Shown: positions 40,249 to 50,400 of the stretch, piece by piece
How the letters are laid out: each line of letters opens with the position of its first letter
How positions within the stretch are numbered: position 1 is the stretch's first letter
DNA from: an uncultured Advenella sp.
GTDB taxonomy: Bacteria; Pseudomonadota; Gammaproteobacteria; Burkholderiales; Burkholderiaceae_B
Reading direction: 5' to 3'
Length of the DNA: 64,000 bases
Assembly: GCA_964588255.1 (NCBI GenBank)
Contig: CAZPNE010000002.1
Coordinates: 15,757 to 79,756 of the forward strand
The notes under the pieces: model-generated
Seen by the model: the letters and a program-made list of their open reading frames with translations, nothing else
Databases searched by the model: none
Told to the model about the DNA's origin: nothing
Program-made: the position numbers and the translations under genes

Positions 40249-40847
40249 TGAAGACACTGTCTGCGCCATTCTCGTTTGAAGAAGATATTAAAAAAAGCCG
40301 TTTTATTGCGCATGCAATGCCGGTATCTTCTTCAGAGGAAGCGCTTGATTTCTTCGCCCGGCTTCATGAGCCCGAAGCAACTCACAATTGCTGGGCCTTC
40401 AAGGTAGGACAGAGTTATCGTTTTAATGATGATGGAGAACCGGGCGGGACAGCCGGACGACCTATTTTGCAGGCCATAGAAGGGCAAGACCTGACAAATG
40501 TCGCTGTCTTGGTTATTCGTTATTTTGGTGGTATCAAGCTGGGTACGGGTGGTTTGGTGCGGGCTTATGGGGGGTGTGCGGCCAAATGCCTGCGAGAGGC
40601 CCCTCAGCTTGAAATTATAGAAACAAAAACCGTGATTTGTTCTTGCCTGTTCTCGGAAATGGCGCTGGTCAAGTCACGCATTGCCCAGACTGACGCAAAG
40701 ATTGTTGATGAAATTTATACCAATACGGGTATTACCATGACCCTTGAAATTCCCCTGGCGCAGATTGAACCCCTTGAACAGGTTTTTATTAACCTGACCA
40801 AGGGCAAGGGGCAGTGGTATTTTCCTGATGAAATAGGGCGGTCGTAA
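40248..40847 (+). CDS. YigZ/IMPACT family protein
   Basis: IKKSRF, ATHNCWA, DDGEPGGTAG and RYFGGIKLGTGGLVRAY motifs. Confidence 0.92.
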   Translation: MKTLSAPFSFEEDIKKSRFIAHAMPVSSSEEALDFFARLHEPEATHNCWAFKVGQSYRFNDDGEPGGTAGRPILQAIEGQDLTNVAVLVIRYFGGIKLGTGGLVRAYGGCAAKCLREAPQLEIIETKTVICSCLFSEMALVKSRIAQTDAKIVDEIYTNTGITMTLEIPLAQIEPLEQVFINLTKGKGQWYFPDEIGRS

Positions 40848-40921
40848 AGTAATAACTGCCGCTACTGCGGGATACCCCGCGCCTTATTATTGCCACACCA
40901 GGTGGCAATAATAAGGCAGGA

Positions 40922-41308
40922 TCAGGCCTGGTTATGTTCGTCAGATTTTGCCTGTGCAGTGGCAATTTCCTGGTGCACTTTTTCCATGTCAATTTCCTGG
41001 ATCTTGGTCAGTAATTCATCCAGTTGATTGGGAGACAGGGCACCTGCCTGGGAAAACATCAGGACTTTTTCACGAAAAACCATCAGGGTTGGAATAGAGC
41101 GGATTCTTAGGGCACCAGCCAGTTCCTGTTCTTCTTCAGTATTGATTTTGGCAAATTCAATATTTGTGAATTTTTCAGCGGCTTTTTCAAAAACCGGGGC
41201 GAATTGACGGCACGGGCCGCACCAGGGTGCCCAGAAATCAATAATCAAAATGTCGTTATCTTTGATGGCACCCTCAAAGGTTGCCTGGGTTAATTCTTTA
41301 ATGGCCAT
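40922..41308 (-). CDS. Thioredoxin
   Basis: WCGPC active site and SIPT cis-Pro motif. Confidence 0.93.
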   Translation of the reverse strand: MAIKELTQATFEGAIKDNDILIIDFWAPWCGPCRQFAPVFEKAAEKFTNIEFAKINTEEEQELAGALRIRSIPTLMVFREKVLMFSQAGALSPNQLDELLTKIQEIDMEKVHQEIATAQAKSDEHNQA

Positions 41309-41507
41309 GATGAATGTTCCTTAATTAAGGGTTATATAGTAACTGTAAATATGGGCCAATGGCGCCAAGTTAAAGTTGAATTATTTTATCGCTCCCATAG
41401 CTAAATTATTAAGCCGGTACTGCTTGCATGCAATACCGGCTTTGTTTTGCCATGGGAAAAATATATCGTTTGCCAGAATGGACGTTAACGTTTGTTAGGG
41501 CGCCGGC

Positions 41508-42803
41508 TTATTCCAGAATAAACCGGATAATAAACAGCACGGCAACAATAACGCTGGCAATATGCAGTTCTTTCATTCTGCCGGTACCGATTTTCATGAC
41601 CACGTAGCTAATAAACCCAAATGCAATACCTTCGGCAATTGAATACGTAAAGGGCATAATGATGGCAGTCAGGGAGGCTGGAACCGCTTCAGTCACATCG
41701 GACCATTCCACTTCGGTCAAGTCCCTGACCATTAATCCTGCCACATAAAGCAGGGCTGGGGCAGTAGCATAAGCAGGCACAACGCTGGCCAGTGGTGCAA
41801 AGAAAAGGCATAGCAGGAATAAAATACCAATAACCAGGGCGGTCAAGCCGGTACGGCCGCCTGCCTGTACACCGGCGGCGCTTTCCACAAAGGCGGTGGT
41901 GCTGCTGGTGCCAATTAAAGAACCGGCTAAAATGGCGCTACTATCGGCAAACAGGGCGCGGCCCAGTTTATTGGGCTTGCCTTCAGGAAGCAGGTTGGCC
42001 CTTTTTGCCACGCCAATCAGGGTGCCAGTGGCATCAAAAACCTCTACCAGTACAAATACCAGAATCACATTCAGGAAGCCATGGTTAAGCACGCCGGCAA
42101 TATCAAGCTGAAGGAAAGTAGGGGCAACGCTTGGCGGCATTGAAACAAGGTTTGAGATGGGAGGGCTATAACCCAGGATGGCCGATAAAACGGTAATGGC
42201 CAGAATGCCGAGCAGGATGGCCCCCTTTATTTTCAAGGCATCCAGAACGGCAATAATAAAAAAGCCCAGAATAGCCAGCAGGACCGTGGGCGAGCTTAAA
42301 TCGCCTTGGGCAACCAACGTGGCATCATTTGCCACCACAATACCGGCCGATTTAAGGGCGATCAAGGCCAGAAACAGGCCGATACCGGCAACAATGGCCG
42401 CCCTAAGGGACTTGGGGATGCCTTCAATCAGCCATTTTCGCAAGCCGGAAGCGGAAAGAACCAGGAAAATAACACCTGAGACAAAGACTGCCCCAAGGGC
42501 CTGTTGCCATGTATATCCCAAGGCACCCACTACCCCGAATGCAAAGAAAGCATTCAATCCCATGCCCGGCGCCATGCCTATGGGCCAGTTGGCCAAAAAT
42601 GCCATGATAAAGCAACCCAGGGCCGCCGCCAGACAAGTGGCCACAAATACGGCACCTTTGTCCATGCCGGTGGTCCCCAGGATTTCCGGGTTGACAAAGA
42701 TAATATAGGCCATGGTCAGGAAGGTGGTCACACCGGCCAGTACCTCGGTTCGGGCATCGGTGGCATGTTCCCGTAGCTTAAACAGTGACTCAAGCATGGG
42801 CAT
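41508..42803 (-). CDS. NCS2/AzgA-family purine permease
   Basis: AGVTTFLTMAYI, APGMGLNAFF and ESAAGVQAGGRTGL motifs. Confidence 0.92.
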   Translation of the reverse strand: MPMLESLFKLREHATDARTEVLAGVTTFLTMAYIIFVNPEILGTTGMDKGAVFVATCLAAALGCFIMAFLANWPIGMAPGMGLNAFFAFGVVGALGYTWQQALGAVFVSGVIFLVLSASGLRKWLIEGIPKSLRAAIVAGIGLFLALIALKSAGIVVANDATLVAQGDLSSPTVLLAILGFFIIAVLDALKIKGAILLGILAITVLSAILGYSPPISNLVSMPPSVAPTFLQLDIAGVLNHGFLNVILVFVLVEVFDATGTLIGVAKRANLLPEGKPNKLGRALFADSSAILAGSLIGTSSTTAFVESAAGVQAGGRTGLTALVIGILFLLCLFFAPLASVVPAYATAPALLYVAGLMVRDLTEVEWSDVTEAVPASLTAIIMPFTYSIAEGIAFGFISYVVMKIGTGRMKELHIASVIVAVLFIIRFILE

Positions 42804-43017
42804 TACTCCTATTTAATGAAGAACAACGTGTAAAATACGTACTTTAACGTACACGGCGTATGCTTTATAAATAAAAAGTCGCATGGTTTGGGTATTTACA
42901 CGATTGCGTCTTTAATAAGCAACATAATAACTTTGCCAATGGCTTTATCTGGTGTGGCAAGAAAAGTTGCCGCCAACGTTCCATTTGGCATAAAACTGCT
43001 GTTTTTAATTTGAAATA

Positions 43018-44046
43018 ATGAATATTATTGGTTTTGAAAGTTCCTGTGATGAAACAGGTGTTGCAATTGTCAATACTGAAAAGGGTTTGCTGGCGCATGC
43101 CCTGCATAGTCAGATTGCCATGCACCAGGCTTACGGTGGTGTGGTTCCAGAACTGGCCTCACGTGACCATATCCGTCGCGTCTTGCCATTAACCCGCGAG
43201 GTTCTTGAACAATCCGGTTTAACCATCAAGGATATCCATGCGGTTGCCTATACGGCCGGGCCTGGTCTTGCCGGTGCCTTGCTGGTTGGCGCATCAGTGG
43301 CGCAGGCATTTGCCTGGACGCATAACTTGCCTGCCATTCCCATCCATCACCTTGAGGGGCATCTGCTTTCTCCCATGTTGGCAGATGAGGTTCCCGGGTT
43401 TCCTTTCGTGGCTTTGCTGGTTTCCGGCGGGCATACGCAAATTATGCGGGTGAATGGGGTTGGGCAGTACGAGTTGCTGGGTGAAACCCTTGATGATGCA
43501 GCGGGTGAAGCCTTTGATAAGTCGGCCAAACTCATGGGCTTGCCTTATCCCGGTGGACCCGCACTTTCCCGGTTGGCCGAAAAGGGTGATCCTGCCGCCT
43601 ATGCCTTACCGCGCCCCATGATGCATAGCGCAGATCTTAATTTTAGCTTCAGCGGCCTGAAAACAGCGGTGTTGACGACGCTGCGCAAGATAGAGCAGGG
43701 TGGGCCTTTAGGTGAACAGGACAGGGCAAACCTGGCGGCTTCAGCGCAACAGGCGATTGTTGATGTGCTGGGTTATAAGGTGATCAAGGCCATGAAACAA
43801 ACTAAACTTAAAAGGTTAGTGGTGGCGGGTGGCGTTGGAGCTAACAGTCAATTGCGCAGTTATTTGCGTAGCGAAATGGCAAAACAGGGGGGGCAGGTGT
43901 TTTTTCCGCCCCTTGCGCTCTGTACCGACAATGGTGCCATGATTGCGCATGCCGCTGCAGAGCGGGTTAAGGCGGGGCTGGTTGATTTAAACAGCGGAGC
44001 CTATGCTTTCAAGGTAAAGCCCCGCTGGGAACTGTCAGAGGCTTAG
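43018..44046 (+). CDS. tsaD: tRNA t6A threonylcarbamoyltransferase
   Basis: [38 protein letters not shown]. Confidence 0.97.
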   Translation: MNIIGFESSCDETGVAIVNTEKGLLAHALHSQIAMHQAYGGVVPELASRDHIRRVLPLTREVLEQSGLTIKDIHAVAYTAGPGLAGALLVGASVAQAFAWTHNLPAIPIHHLEGHLLSPMLADEVPGFPFVALLVSGGHTQIMRVNGVGQYELLGETLDDAAGEAFDKSAKLMGLPYPGGPALSRLAEKGDPAAYALPRPMMHSADLNFSFSGLKTAVLTTLRKIEQGGPLGEQDRANLAASAQQAIVDVLGYKVIKAMKQTKLKRLVVAGGVGANSQLRSYLRSEMAKQGGQVFFPPLALCTDNGAMIAHAAAERVKAGLVDLNSGAYAFKVKPRWELSEA

Positions 44047-44678
44047 TGCTTGTTTTTTTGACCTAATCTTGTTTCTGTGCCTGCCAGCAGGTTGGCAATG
44101 TTTTTCTTGTGCTTGTAAATAAGCATAAGAGAAATAAGGCAAATGACCCAAAATATCTCGGTTAACAAGTGCCAGGCAATCTGGTCACCGGCATAATAGT
44201 AAAAGGGTGCAAAAATGGCGGCAATAATGGCTGCCAGCGAAGAGTACCTGAAAAAAACGGCAATAATAATCCAGGTTGCCACAGTGGCCATGGCTAGCCA
44301 GGGTTGGATGGCAAGCAAAATGCCAATGGCGGTAGCCACACCTTTTCCACCTTTGAATTTCAGGAAGACGGAATACAAATGGCCAAGAAATACCGCCAGG
44401 GCAACCAGTGCAATACCTGTTACGGTAAGTTTAAGCTCTGGCGCGAACTTGATGGCAAGGTATACCGCGAGCCAACCCTTGAAGGCATCTCCTAGCAGGG
44501 TAAGGGCGGCGGCAGCTTTGTTGCCACTCCTGAGAACATTGGTGGCACCCGGGTTGCCAGAGCCAAATGTTCTAGGGTCTTTTAAGCCAAATAATTTGCT
44601 GGTAATAATGGCGAAAGGGACTGATCCTGCCAGGTACGCTAAAATAATGGCGATAATACTTGCCAGTATGCTGTTCAT
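44043..44678 (-). CDS. plsY: Glycerol-3-phosphate acyltransferase PlsY
   Basis: [18 protein letters not shown] and HKKNI motifs. Confidence 0.96.
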   Translation of the reverse strand: MNSILASIIAIILAYLAGSVPFAIITSKLFGLKDPRTFGSGNPGATNVLRSGNKAAAALTLLGDAFKGWLAVYLAIKFAPELKLTVTGIALVALAVFLGHLYSVFLKFKGGKGVATAIGILLAIQPWLAMATVATWIIIAVFFRYSSLAAIIAAIFAPFYYYAGDQIAWHLLTEIFWVICLISLMLIYKHKKNIANLLAGTETRLGQKNKH

Positions 44679-44915
44679 CGGGGTTCCTTCTTTTAATCAA
44701 GAGCAGATTATAAACAGGAAAGTTTTTGTTTTTAAGTCGATATGGGATATTTTTGGATAATATCTGCAAGATGTAATTCAAACAAGTTCATTCAGGTTAT
44801 ATTGTTTTAAAATGCAATTAGCTGATTATAAAAACAATGGGTAAGTCAACTTTTATGCTTGGGTTGAGGTTTTCCAACCCATTATTTCTCGGGTTATTTT
44901 TCAAGTTTGGATCAT

Positions 44916-45677
44916 ATGAAGCGAATTTTAGTCTCTAACGATGATGGATATAACGCAAAAGGCGTTGAATTACTGGCAGAGGCGCTACGATCGTTCGCGG
45001 AAGTCATTGTCATTGCACCAGAAACCAATCATAGCGGTGCATCCAATTCCCTTACCTTGACGCGTCCGTTAACCGTACGGCAGGCAGCCAATGGCTATTA
45101 TTATGTTAATGGTACGCCTTCAGATTGTGTGCATATCGCTTTAACGGGTATCCTCAAGCAGAAACCCGATCTGGTGGTTTCCGGTATCAATAATGGTGCC
45201 AATCTTGGCGAAGATACCTTGTACTCCGGAACCGTTGCCGCAGCCACAGAAGGCTATCTGTTTGGTATACCTTCCATCGCTTTTTCTCTGACAGAGCGTA
45301 ATTGGCCGCATATTGAAGCGGCCGTTGACATAGCCGCTTATATTGTCAAGCACCAGCTGGAACAGCCTCGTCAGGCTCCCTGTTTGTTAAGCGTAAACAT
45401 TCCACCCTTGCCAAAGCATGAACCCGAAAATATCCGGGTTGCCCGCTTGGGTCGGCGTCATCCGTCTCAACCGGTTATTGAAGCAACCAATCCCAATGGC
45501 GAAACCATTTACTGGATTGGTCCTACCGGTGAAGTGGCAGATGCGGGCAGTGACACCGATTTTGGCATTATCAATCAGGGGCATATATCAGTGACCCCTT
45601 TGCGGCTTGATTTGACTCATTATGACGAATTGGGTATTACCCATGAGTGGCTGGAGGGTTTATGCGTAAACCCATAG
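44916..45677 (+). CDS. surE: 5'/3'-nucleotidase SurE
   Basis: [31 protein letters not shown]. Confidence 0.96.
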   Translation: MKRILVSNDDGYNAKGVELLAEALRSFAEVIVIAPETNHSGASNSLTLTRPLTVRQAANGYYYVNGTPSDCVHIALTGILKQKPDLVVSGINNGANLGEDTLYSGTVAAATEGYLFGIPSIAFSLTERNWPHIEAAVDIAAYIVKHQLEQPRQAPCLLSVNIPPLPKHEPENIRVARLGRRHPSQPVIEATNPNGETIYWIGPTGEVADAGSDTDFGIINQGHISVTPLRLDLTHYDELGITHEWLEGLCVNP

Positions 45678-46531
45678 ATGATCTTGTGGTTTATGGCAAT
45701 AGAAATGTTAGGGATGTTAAAAAAAACACCGTATTTAGTCCATCTGCGGTAAATAAAATTACAATAACCCCAACCAATAGCAATACACGGATTTTGTCTG
45801 GTGCCCAGTCTTTTTCTTACGGACAAAGCAGTATTTCCGTTCAGGGTAAGCCAGGTATGGCCGGTGGCACGGGAGATCCTATGAATCTCGGATTGAACTC
45901 AGATCGTTTGCGACACCAGATGGTTGCACGCCTGAAGCAAAAAGGTATCACTGATGCCCGGGTATTGGCGGCCATGCAGGCGGTGCCGCGGCATATATTT
46001 GTTGATCAGGGTTTGGCCAGCAGGGCCTATGAAGATGCTGCTTTGCCTATTGGTTTTTCCCAAACCATTTCCCAGCCCTGGATTATTTCCAGGATGTTGT
46101 CTATTGTGTGTGAAGATAGAAGTCCGCAAAGAGTGCTGGAAATTGGTACTGGCTGTGGTTATCAGGCAGCGGTTATGGCCCACTTGTTTCCTGTTGTTTA
46201 CAGCATAGAACGGATAAAAGGTCTTCATGACATGGCGCGTGAGCATTTAAGGGATTTGCGCCTGGTTTCAAAGGTTAGCCTGACATTCGGAGATGGTATG
46301 CTTGGGCTACCGGCTTATGCGCCCTTTGATGCCATTGTTATTGCAGCGGCCGGCATGGAGATTCCAGGCGTTTTGTTATATCAGCTTAGTGTGGGTGGCA
46401 GGTTAGTTGCCCCTGAAGGCACCAGTAATCAAAGACTGGTTCTTATAGAAAGAACCGGTGAAGAAAGTTGGAGCCGTTCCGAACTTGAGGCGGTACGCTT
46501 CGTTCCGTTACGGTCAGGTACACAATCTTAG
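45662..46531 (+). CDS. pcm: Protein-L-isoaspartate O-methyltransferase
   Basis: [22 protein letters not shown]; low-complexity N-terminal extension, so the start is uncertain. Confidence 0.93.
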   Translation: MRKPIDDLVVYGNRNVRDVKKNTVFSPSAVNKITITPTNSNTRILSGAQSFSYGQSSISVQGKPGMAGGTGDPMNLGLNSDRLRHQMVARLKQKGITDARVLAAMQAVPRHIFVDQGLASRAYEDAALPIGFSQTISQPWIISRMLSIVCEDRSPQRVLEIGTGCGYQAAVMAHLFPVVYSIERIKGLHDMAREHLRDLRLVSKVSLTFGDGMLGLPAYAPFDAIVIAAAGMEIPGVLLYQLSVGGRLVAPEGTSNQRLVLIERTGEESWSRSELEAVRFVPLRSGTQS

Positions 46532-46558
46532 ATGGAGAATTTTTGCCTTAATATTTAA

Positions 46559-47287
46559 ATGGGCAAACTGGATATTATGAATATGCATTCGTTCAGAAGA
46601 AAGTCATTGTTATTTGGTACAGTATTCATGGCTGCAGTACTTGCGGGTTGTGGGGGTACTGGAAAAGCGCCAGTGTCCACCTTGGGTGGTGGCACTGCGT
46701 CAGCAGGACAATATGTTGTGCAAAGGGGCGATACGCTTTACAGTATTTCCCGCAGGCATAACGTCAGTGTTGCCCAGTTGAAGTCATTGAATAATATTTC
46801 CGATCCGTCCCAGCTCGAGGTGGGGCAACGTTTACGCATTTCATCATCGGGTATGGCCAGCAGTGCTGCCAAGGCACCCGCTGCCGCAAGTGTGTCAACC
46901 TCTGCACCCAAGGCCAGTGATGCTAGCCTGGTTTCTTGGGCATGGCCACTCAAGGGTAATATCATTTCAGGGTATTCCAGTGCAACCCGTGGTATAGATA
47001 TTGCAGGCAATGTGGGGGACCCGGTCTATGCGGCCGCTTCAGGAACCGTTTCTTATGTAGGTAATGGCTTGCGTGGTTTGGGTAATCTTATCCTGATTTC
47101 ACACGGCAATGGCTTTATTACTGCTTATGCACATAACAGCAAGTTGCTGGTTAAAGACAAGCAACGGGTCAGCAAAGGAGATAAAATTGCCGAGGTAGGG
47201 CAGTCTGATACCACTTCTCCGCGATTGCATTTTGAAATTCGCCGCAATGGCCAGCCCGTCAATCCCTTGTCTTATTTGCCAAAATAA
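46559..47287 (+). CDS. nlpD: LysM/M23 lipoprotein (NlpD/YgeR-like)
   Basis: LAGC lipobox, LysM (VQRGDTLYSIS), M23 domain (YAHN, LHFEIR); follows surE-pcm. Start may be 46577 or 46583. Confidence 0.85.
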   Translation: MGKLDIMNMHSFRRKSLLFGTVFMAAVLAGCGGTGKAPVSTLGGGTASAGQYVVQRGDTLYSISRRHNVSVAQLKSLNNISDPSQLEVGQRLRISSSGMASSAAKAPAAASVSTSAPKASDASLVSWAWPLKGNIISGYSSATRGIDIAGNVGDPVYAAASGTVSYVGNGLRGLGNLILISHGNGFITAYAHNSKLLVKDKQRVSKGDKIAEVGQSDTTSPRLHFEIRRNGQPVNPLSYLPK

Positions 47288-47296
47288 AGTTTGTTT

Positions 47297-48073
47297 ATGC
47301 TCCCAACCCTTGTTTTTGACCTTGAAACCATACCTGATGCAAAAGGGCTCCGCAGCTTGAATGGCTGGGATCAGGATATGCCTGATGCTGAAGTGATCGA
47401 GCGTGCCACGGACATCAGGATAGCGCAAACCGGCTCTGATTTTTTCCCCTTGCATTTGCAAAAAATTGCCGTGATCGGTTGTGTTTTTCGCGATGATAGC
47501 GGGTTCAGGGTTAAAACATTAGGAAAGCCAGATGATGATGAGGCTACGCTTATTAATGGTTTTTTCAAAACTATAGAGCGCTATACACCACGTTTGGTGA
47601 GCTGGAATGGCAATGGGTTTGATTTGCCCGTATTGCATTACCGAAGCCTGATTCATGGGGTTCCGGCATATCGTTACTGGGATATGGGTGAAGAAGACCG
47701 CGACTTTAAATATAACAATTACATCAGTCGCTATCATAACCGCCATATAGATTTAATGGATTTACTGGCGAAGTATAACGGCAGGGCCAATGCGCCATTA
47801 GACCAATTGGCCAAGCTTTGCGGTTTCCCTGGCAAGCTGGGTATGGATGGCGGACAGGTTTGGCCAGCCTGGCAGGCAGGCAAGGCCGATGAAGTACGTG
47901 CCTATTGTGAAACCGATGTAGTCAATACATGGCTGGTTTATTGTCGTTTCCGTTTTATTCGGGGTGAAATTGACCAAATTGCCTACGACCGCGAAGTAGA
48001 GCTGGTACGGAATACGCTTGAGGAAATCAATGCGCCACATTGGCAGGAGTATCTGCAGGCCTGGGGTAAGTAA
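47297..48073 (+). CDS. Predicted 3'-5' exonuclease (PolB-like DEDDy)
   Basis: FDLETIP, WNGNGFDLP and YCETDV exonuclease motifs. Confidence 0.88.
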   Translation: MLPTLVFDLETIPDAKGLRSLNGWDQDMPDAEVIERATDIRIAQTGSDFFPLHLQKIAVIGCVFRDDSGFRVKTLGKPDDDEATLINGFFKTIERYTPRLVSWNGNGFDLPVLHYRSLIHGVPAYRYWDMGEEDRDFKYNNYISRYHNRHIDLMDLLAKYNGRANAPLDQLAKLCGFPGKLGMDGGQVWPAWQAGKADEVRAYCETDVVNTWLVYCRFRFIRGEIDQIAYDREVELVRNTLEEINAPHWQEYLQAWGK

Positions 48074-48229
48074 GGGCAAGAGGGTAAGAGGAAAACGGAA
48101 GGCAATTATTGCCGGTTTTCCGTTTTTCAGTAACCGATTGAAAATATTCCGGCTAAATTGCAATTAGTTTGAAACCGCTTATGCATCAAAATAGCTTCAC
48201 GTTATCAATTAACACAAAGGAGCTACATC

Positions 48230-48904
48230 ATGGCTAAGTCTATTTCTTCATTCGTTGTTAAATCTCTTACTGTTGCTACTGCTGCATTGGCTATTGGATC
48301 TACCTTCTCGGTTGCTACTGCACAACCCCAAAACGCCGATTCGCGTCCTGGCATGAGCCAAAAAATGGGTGATGGATATGGTCAATTCAAAGGTGAGCGT
48401 GGCCATTATAAACATCAGGGCCGTCAAATGAATACCAACGCGGCCATTATTATTCCCGGTTTTGGTCCTGCAGACCAAAAACTGGTTGATGACCTGAAAC
48501 TGAACGATGACCAGAAAGCCAAACTTCAGACAGCGCTGGATAATAAAAAACAGGCCCGTGGCGAACATCGCGATACGTTCAAGAAGGCTTTTGATCTTCG
48601 CAAGCAGCAGGTAGAATCTGGCAAGCTTGATCCCAAGGCATTGATGGCAGCTGAAAAAGAGTTGCGTGCCACCATGCAGGAAAAACGTGACGCACACCAG
48701 GCTGAGTGGCTTGCTTTATGGGAAAGCTTCACACCTGAGCAGCAGGCAACCGTTGGTAAATACTACCAGGATCGTGCTCAAAAAATGCAAGAGCGCAGGG
48801 AACAACGTGAGCAACGTATGGAAGAACGCAAGGAAAAACGCGAGCAGCGCATGGAAAACAGGGCCAAACAGGCGCCTGCAGAGCAAGCTGAAGCTAAATC
48901 CTGA
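48230..48904 (+). CDS. Periplasmic Spy/CpxP-like protein
   Basis: Signal peptide, LKLNDDQ and FTPEQQ (LTxxQ-like) motifs, charged helical C-terminus. Confidence 0.75.
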   Translation: MAKSISSFVVKSLTVATAALAIGSTFSVATAQPQNADSRPGMSQKMGDGYGQFKGERGHYKHQGRQMNTNAAIIIPGFGPADQKLVDDLKLNDDQKAKLQTALDNKKQARGEHRDTFKKAFDLRKQQVESGKLDPKALMAAEKELRATMQEKRDAHQAEWLALWESFTPEQQATVGKYYQDRAQKMQERREQREQRMEERKEKREQRMENRAKQAPAEQAEAKS

Positions 48905-48948
48905 TTTTGTTTGAATAGTTTTACTATATAAGATCTCTCCTCTCTCTT

Positions 48949-48975
48949 ATCCCGGTTTTTTACCGGGATTTTTTT
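48949..48975 (+). terminator. Intrinsic terminator
   Basis: ATCCCGGT/ACCGGGAT stem followed by a T tract. Confidence 0.85.
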
Positions 48976-49050
48976 ATGTTTTTCATGACATCGCTCATTT
49001 GCATCCATGCTTGAATTTACAATAGGTGCTTCATTTGGATAGGAACAGTC

Positions 49051-50361
49051 ATGTCTGAAGTATTGTCTATAGAATCATTGGACCTTGAGGCACGTGGCAT
49101 CGCACGTCGTGAAGGAAAAACTATTTTTGTTCAGGGAGCACTTCCCGGAGAGGTGGTTGAAGCCACTATTATTAGAAAAAAACCTTCATATGAAATTGCA
49201 CGTACGCAGCGGGTCCTGAAGGAATCAAGCCTGCGGGTGACACCTCGTTGCCCGAATTTTGGCATGTGTGGCGGTTGTGCCATGCAACACCTGGATACGT
49301 CCACCCAGGTGGCGGTCAAGCAAAGAGCCCTGGAAGATTGTTTCCAGCATATATCAAAGCTAAAAATCCCCCAGGTGCTGGCGCCGATGCACGGCCCTGA
49401 TTGGGGCTATCGTTACCGTGCCCGTTTATCTGTGCGTTATGTCAGAAAAAAAGGGACGGTTCTGGTCGGGTTTCATGAGCGTAAAAGCGGATATGTGGCT
49501 GATATGACTGAATGTCATATTCTCCCAAAGCATGTCTCTGAATTGTTGCTGCCATTGCGTCAGCTAATTGGAAGTTTAAGTGTTCGCGAGCGGGTTCCCC
49601 AGATTGAAGTGGCAATTGGCGATGGTACAACGGTATTAACCATGCGTCATATGGATCCATTCACGGAAAATGATCTGGTCTTGCTTGATGAGTTTGCTGA
49701 TAAACATCATATTATCTGGTGGGTTCAATCCAAAGGACCTGAAACGGTCAAGCCCCTGCACGAAAAAGATGCGGGCAGGCTGGCCTACAGTCTTCCGCAA
49801 TTTGGTTTGCGCATGGCCTATAAGCCCACGGACTTTACCCAGGTTAATCATCAGATCAACCAAGCGCTTATTGCCAAGGCACTTAATTTGCTGAATGTGC
49901 AACCCCATGACCGGGTAGCTGATTTGTTTTGCGGATTGGGTAATTTTACTTTGCCATTGGCCACTAGAGCCAAAGAAGTGGTTGGCATTGAAGGGAGTAA
50001 AATCCTGACAGACAGGGCGCTTGAGGCGGCCAAAGAGCATGATCTGGACAATAAAACCAGTTTCTCAACTCTCAATCTGTTTGAAGTGGATGTTCAATGG
50101 TTGCGTGACCTGGGTCATTTTGACCGTATGCTGATTGATCCGCCCCGTGAGGGAGCCCTTGAGGTTGCCAGGGCACTGGCCCAGCTCACACCTGATGAAA
50201 GGCCCAAATGTATCGTCTACGTTTCCTGTAATCCGGCTACTTTGGCACGAGATGCGGGTATCTTGGTTGAGAATGGTGCGTATAAGTTGATATCGGCTGG
50301 TGTGATTAATATGTTCCCGCATACTGCCCATGTGGAATCCATCGCGGTGTTTGAGTCCTGA
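49051..50361 (+). CDS. rlmD: 23S rRNA m5U1939 methyltransferase
   Basis: TRAM domain, CxxxxxCGGC Fe-S motif, DLFCGLGNF, DPPR, YVSCNP, FPHTAHVE. Confidence 0.95.
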   Translation: MSEVLSIESLDLEARGIARREGKTIFVQGALPGEVVEATIIRKKPSYEIARTQRVLKESSLRVTPRCPNFGMCGGCAMQHLDTSTQVAVKQRALEDCFQHISKLKIPQVLAPMHGPDWGYRYRARLSVRYVRKKGTVLVGFHERKSGYVADMTECHILPKHVSELLLPLRQLIGSLSVRERVPQIEVAIGDGTTVLTMRHMDPFTENDLVLLDEFADKHHIIWWVQSKGPETVKPLHEKDAGRLAYSLPQFGLRMAYKPTDFTQVNHQINQALIAKALNLLNVQPHDRVADLFCGLGNFTLPLATRAKEVVGIEGSKILTDRALEAAKEHDLDNKTSFSTLNLFEVDVQWLRDLGHFDRMLIDPPREGALEVARALAQLTPDERPKCIVYVSCNPATLARDAGILVENGAYKLISAGVINMFPHTAHVESIAVFES

Positions 50362-50400
50362 ACAACCGGCGGTACCGGGCTATCATTTGCTTATAGCGGT

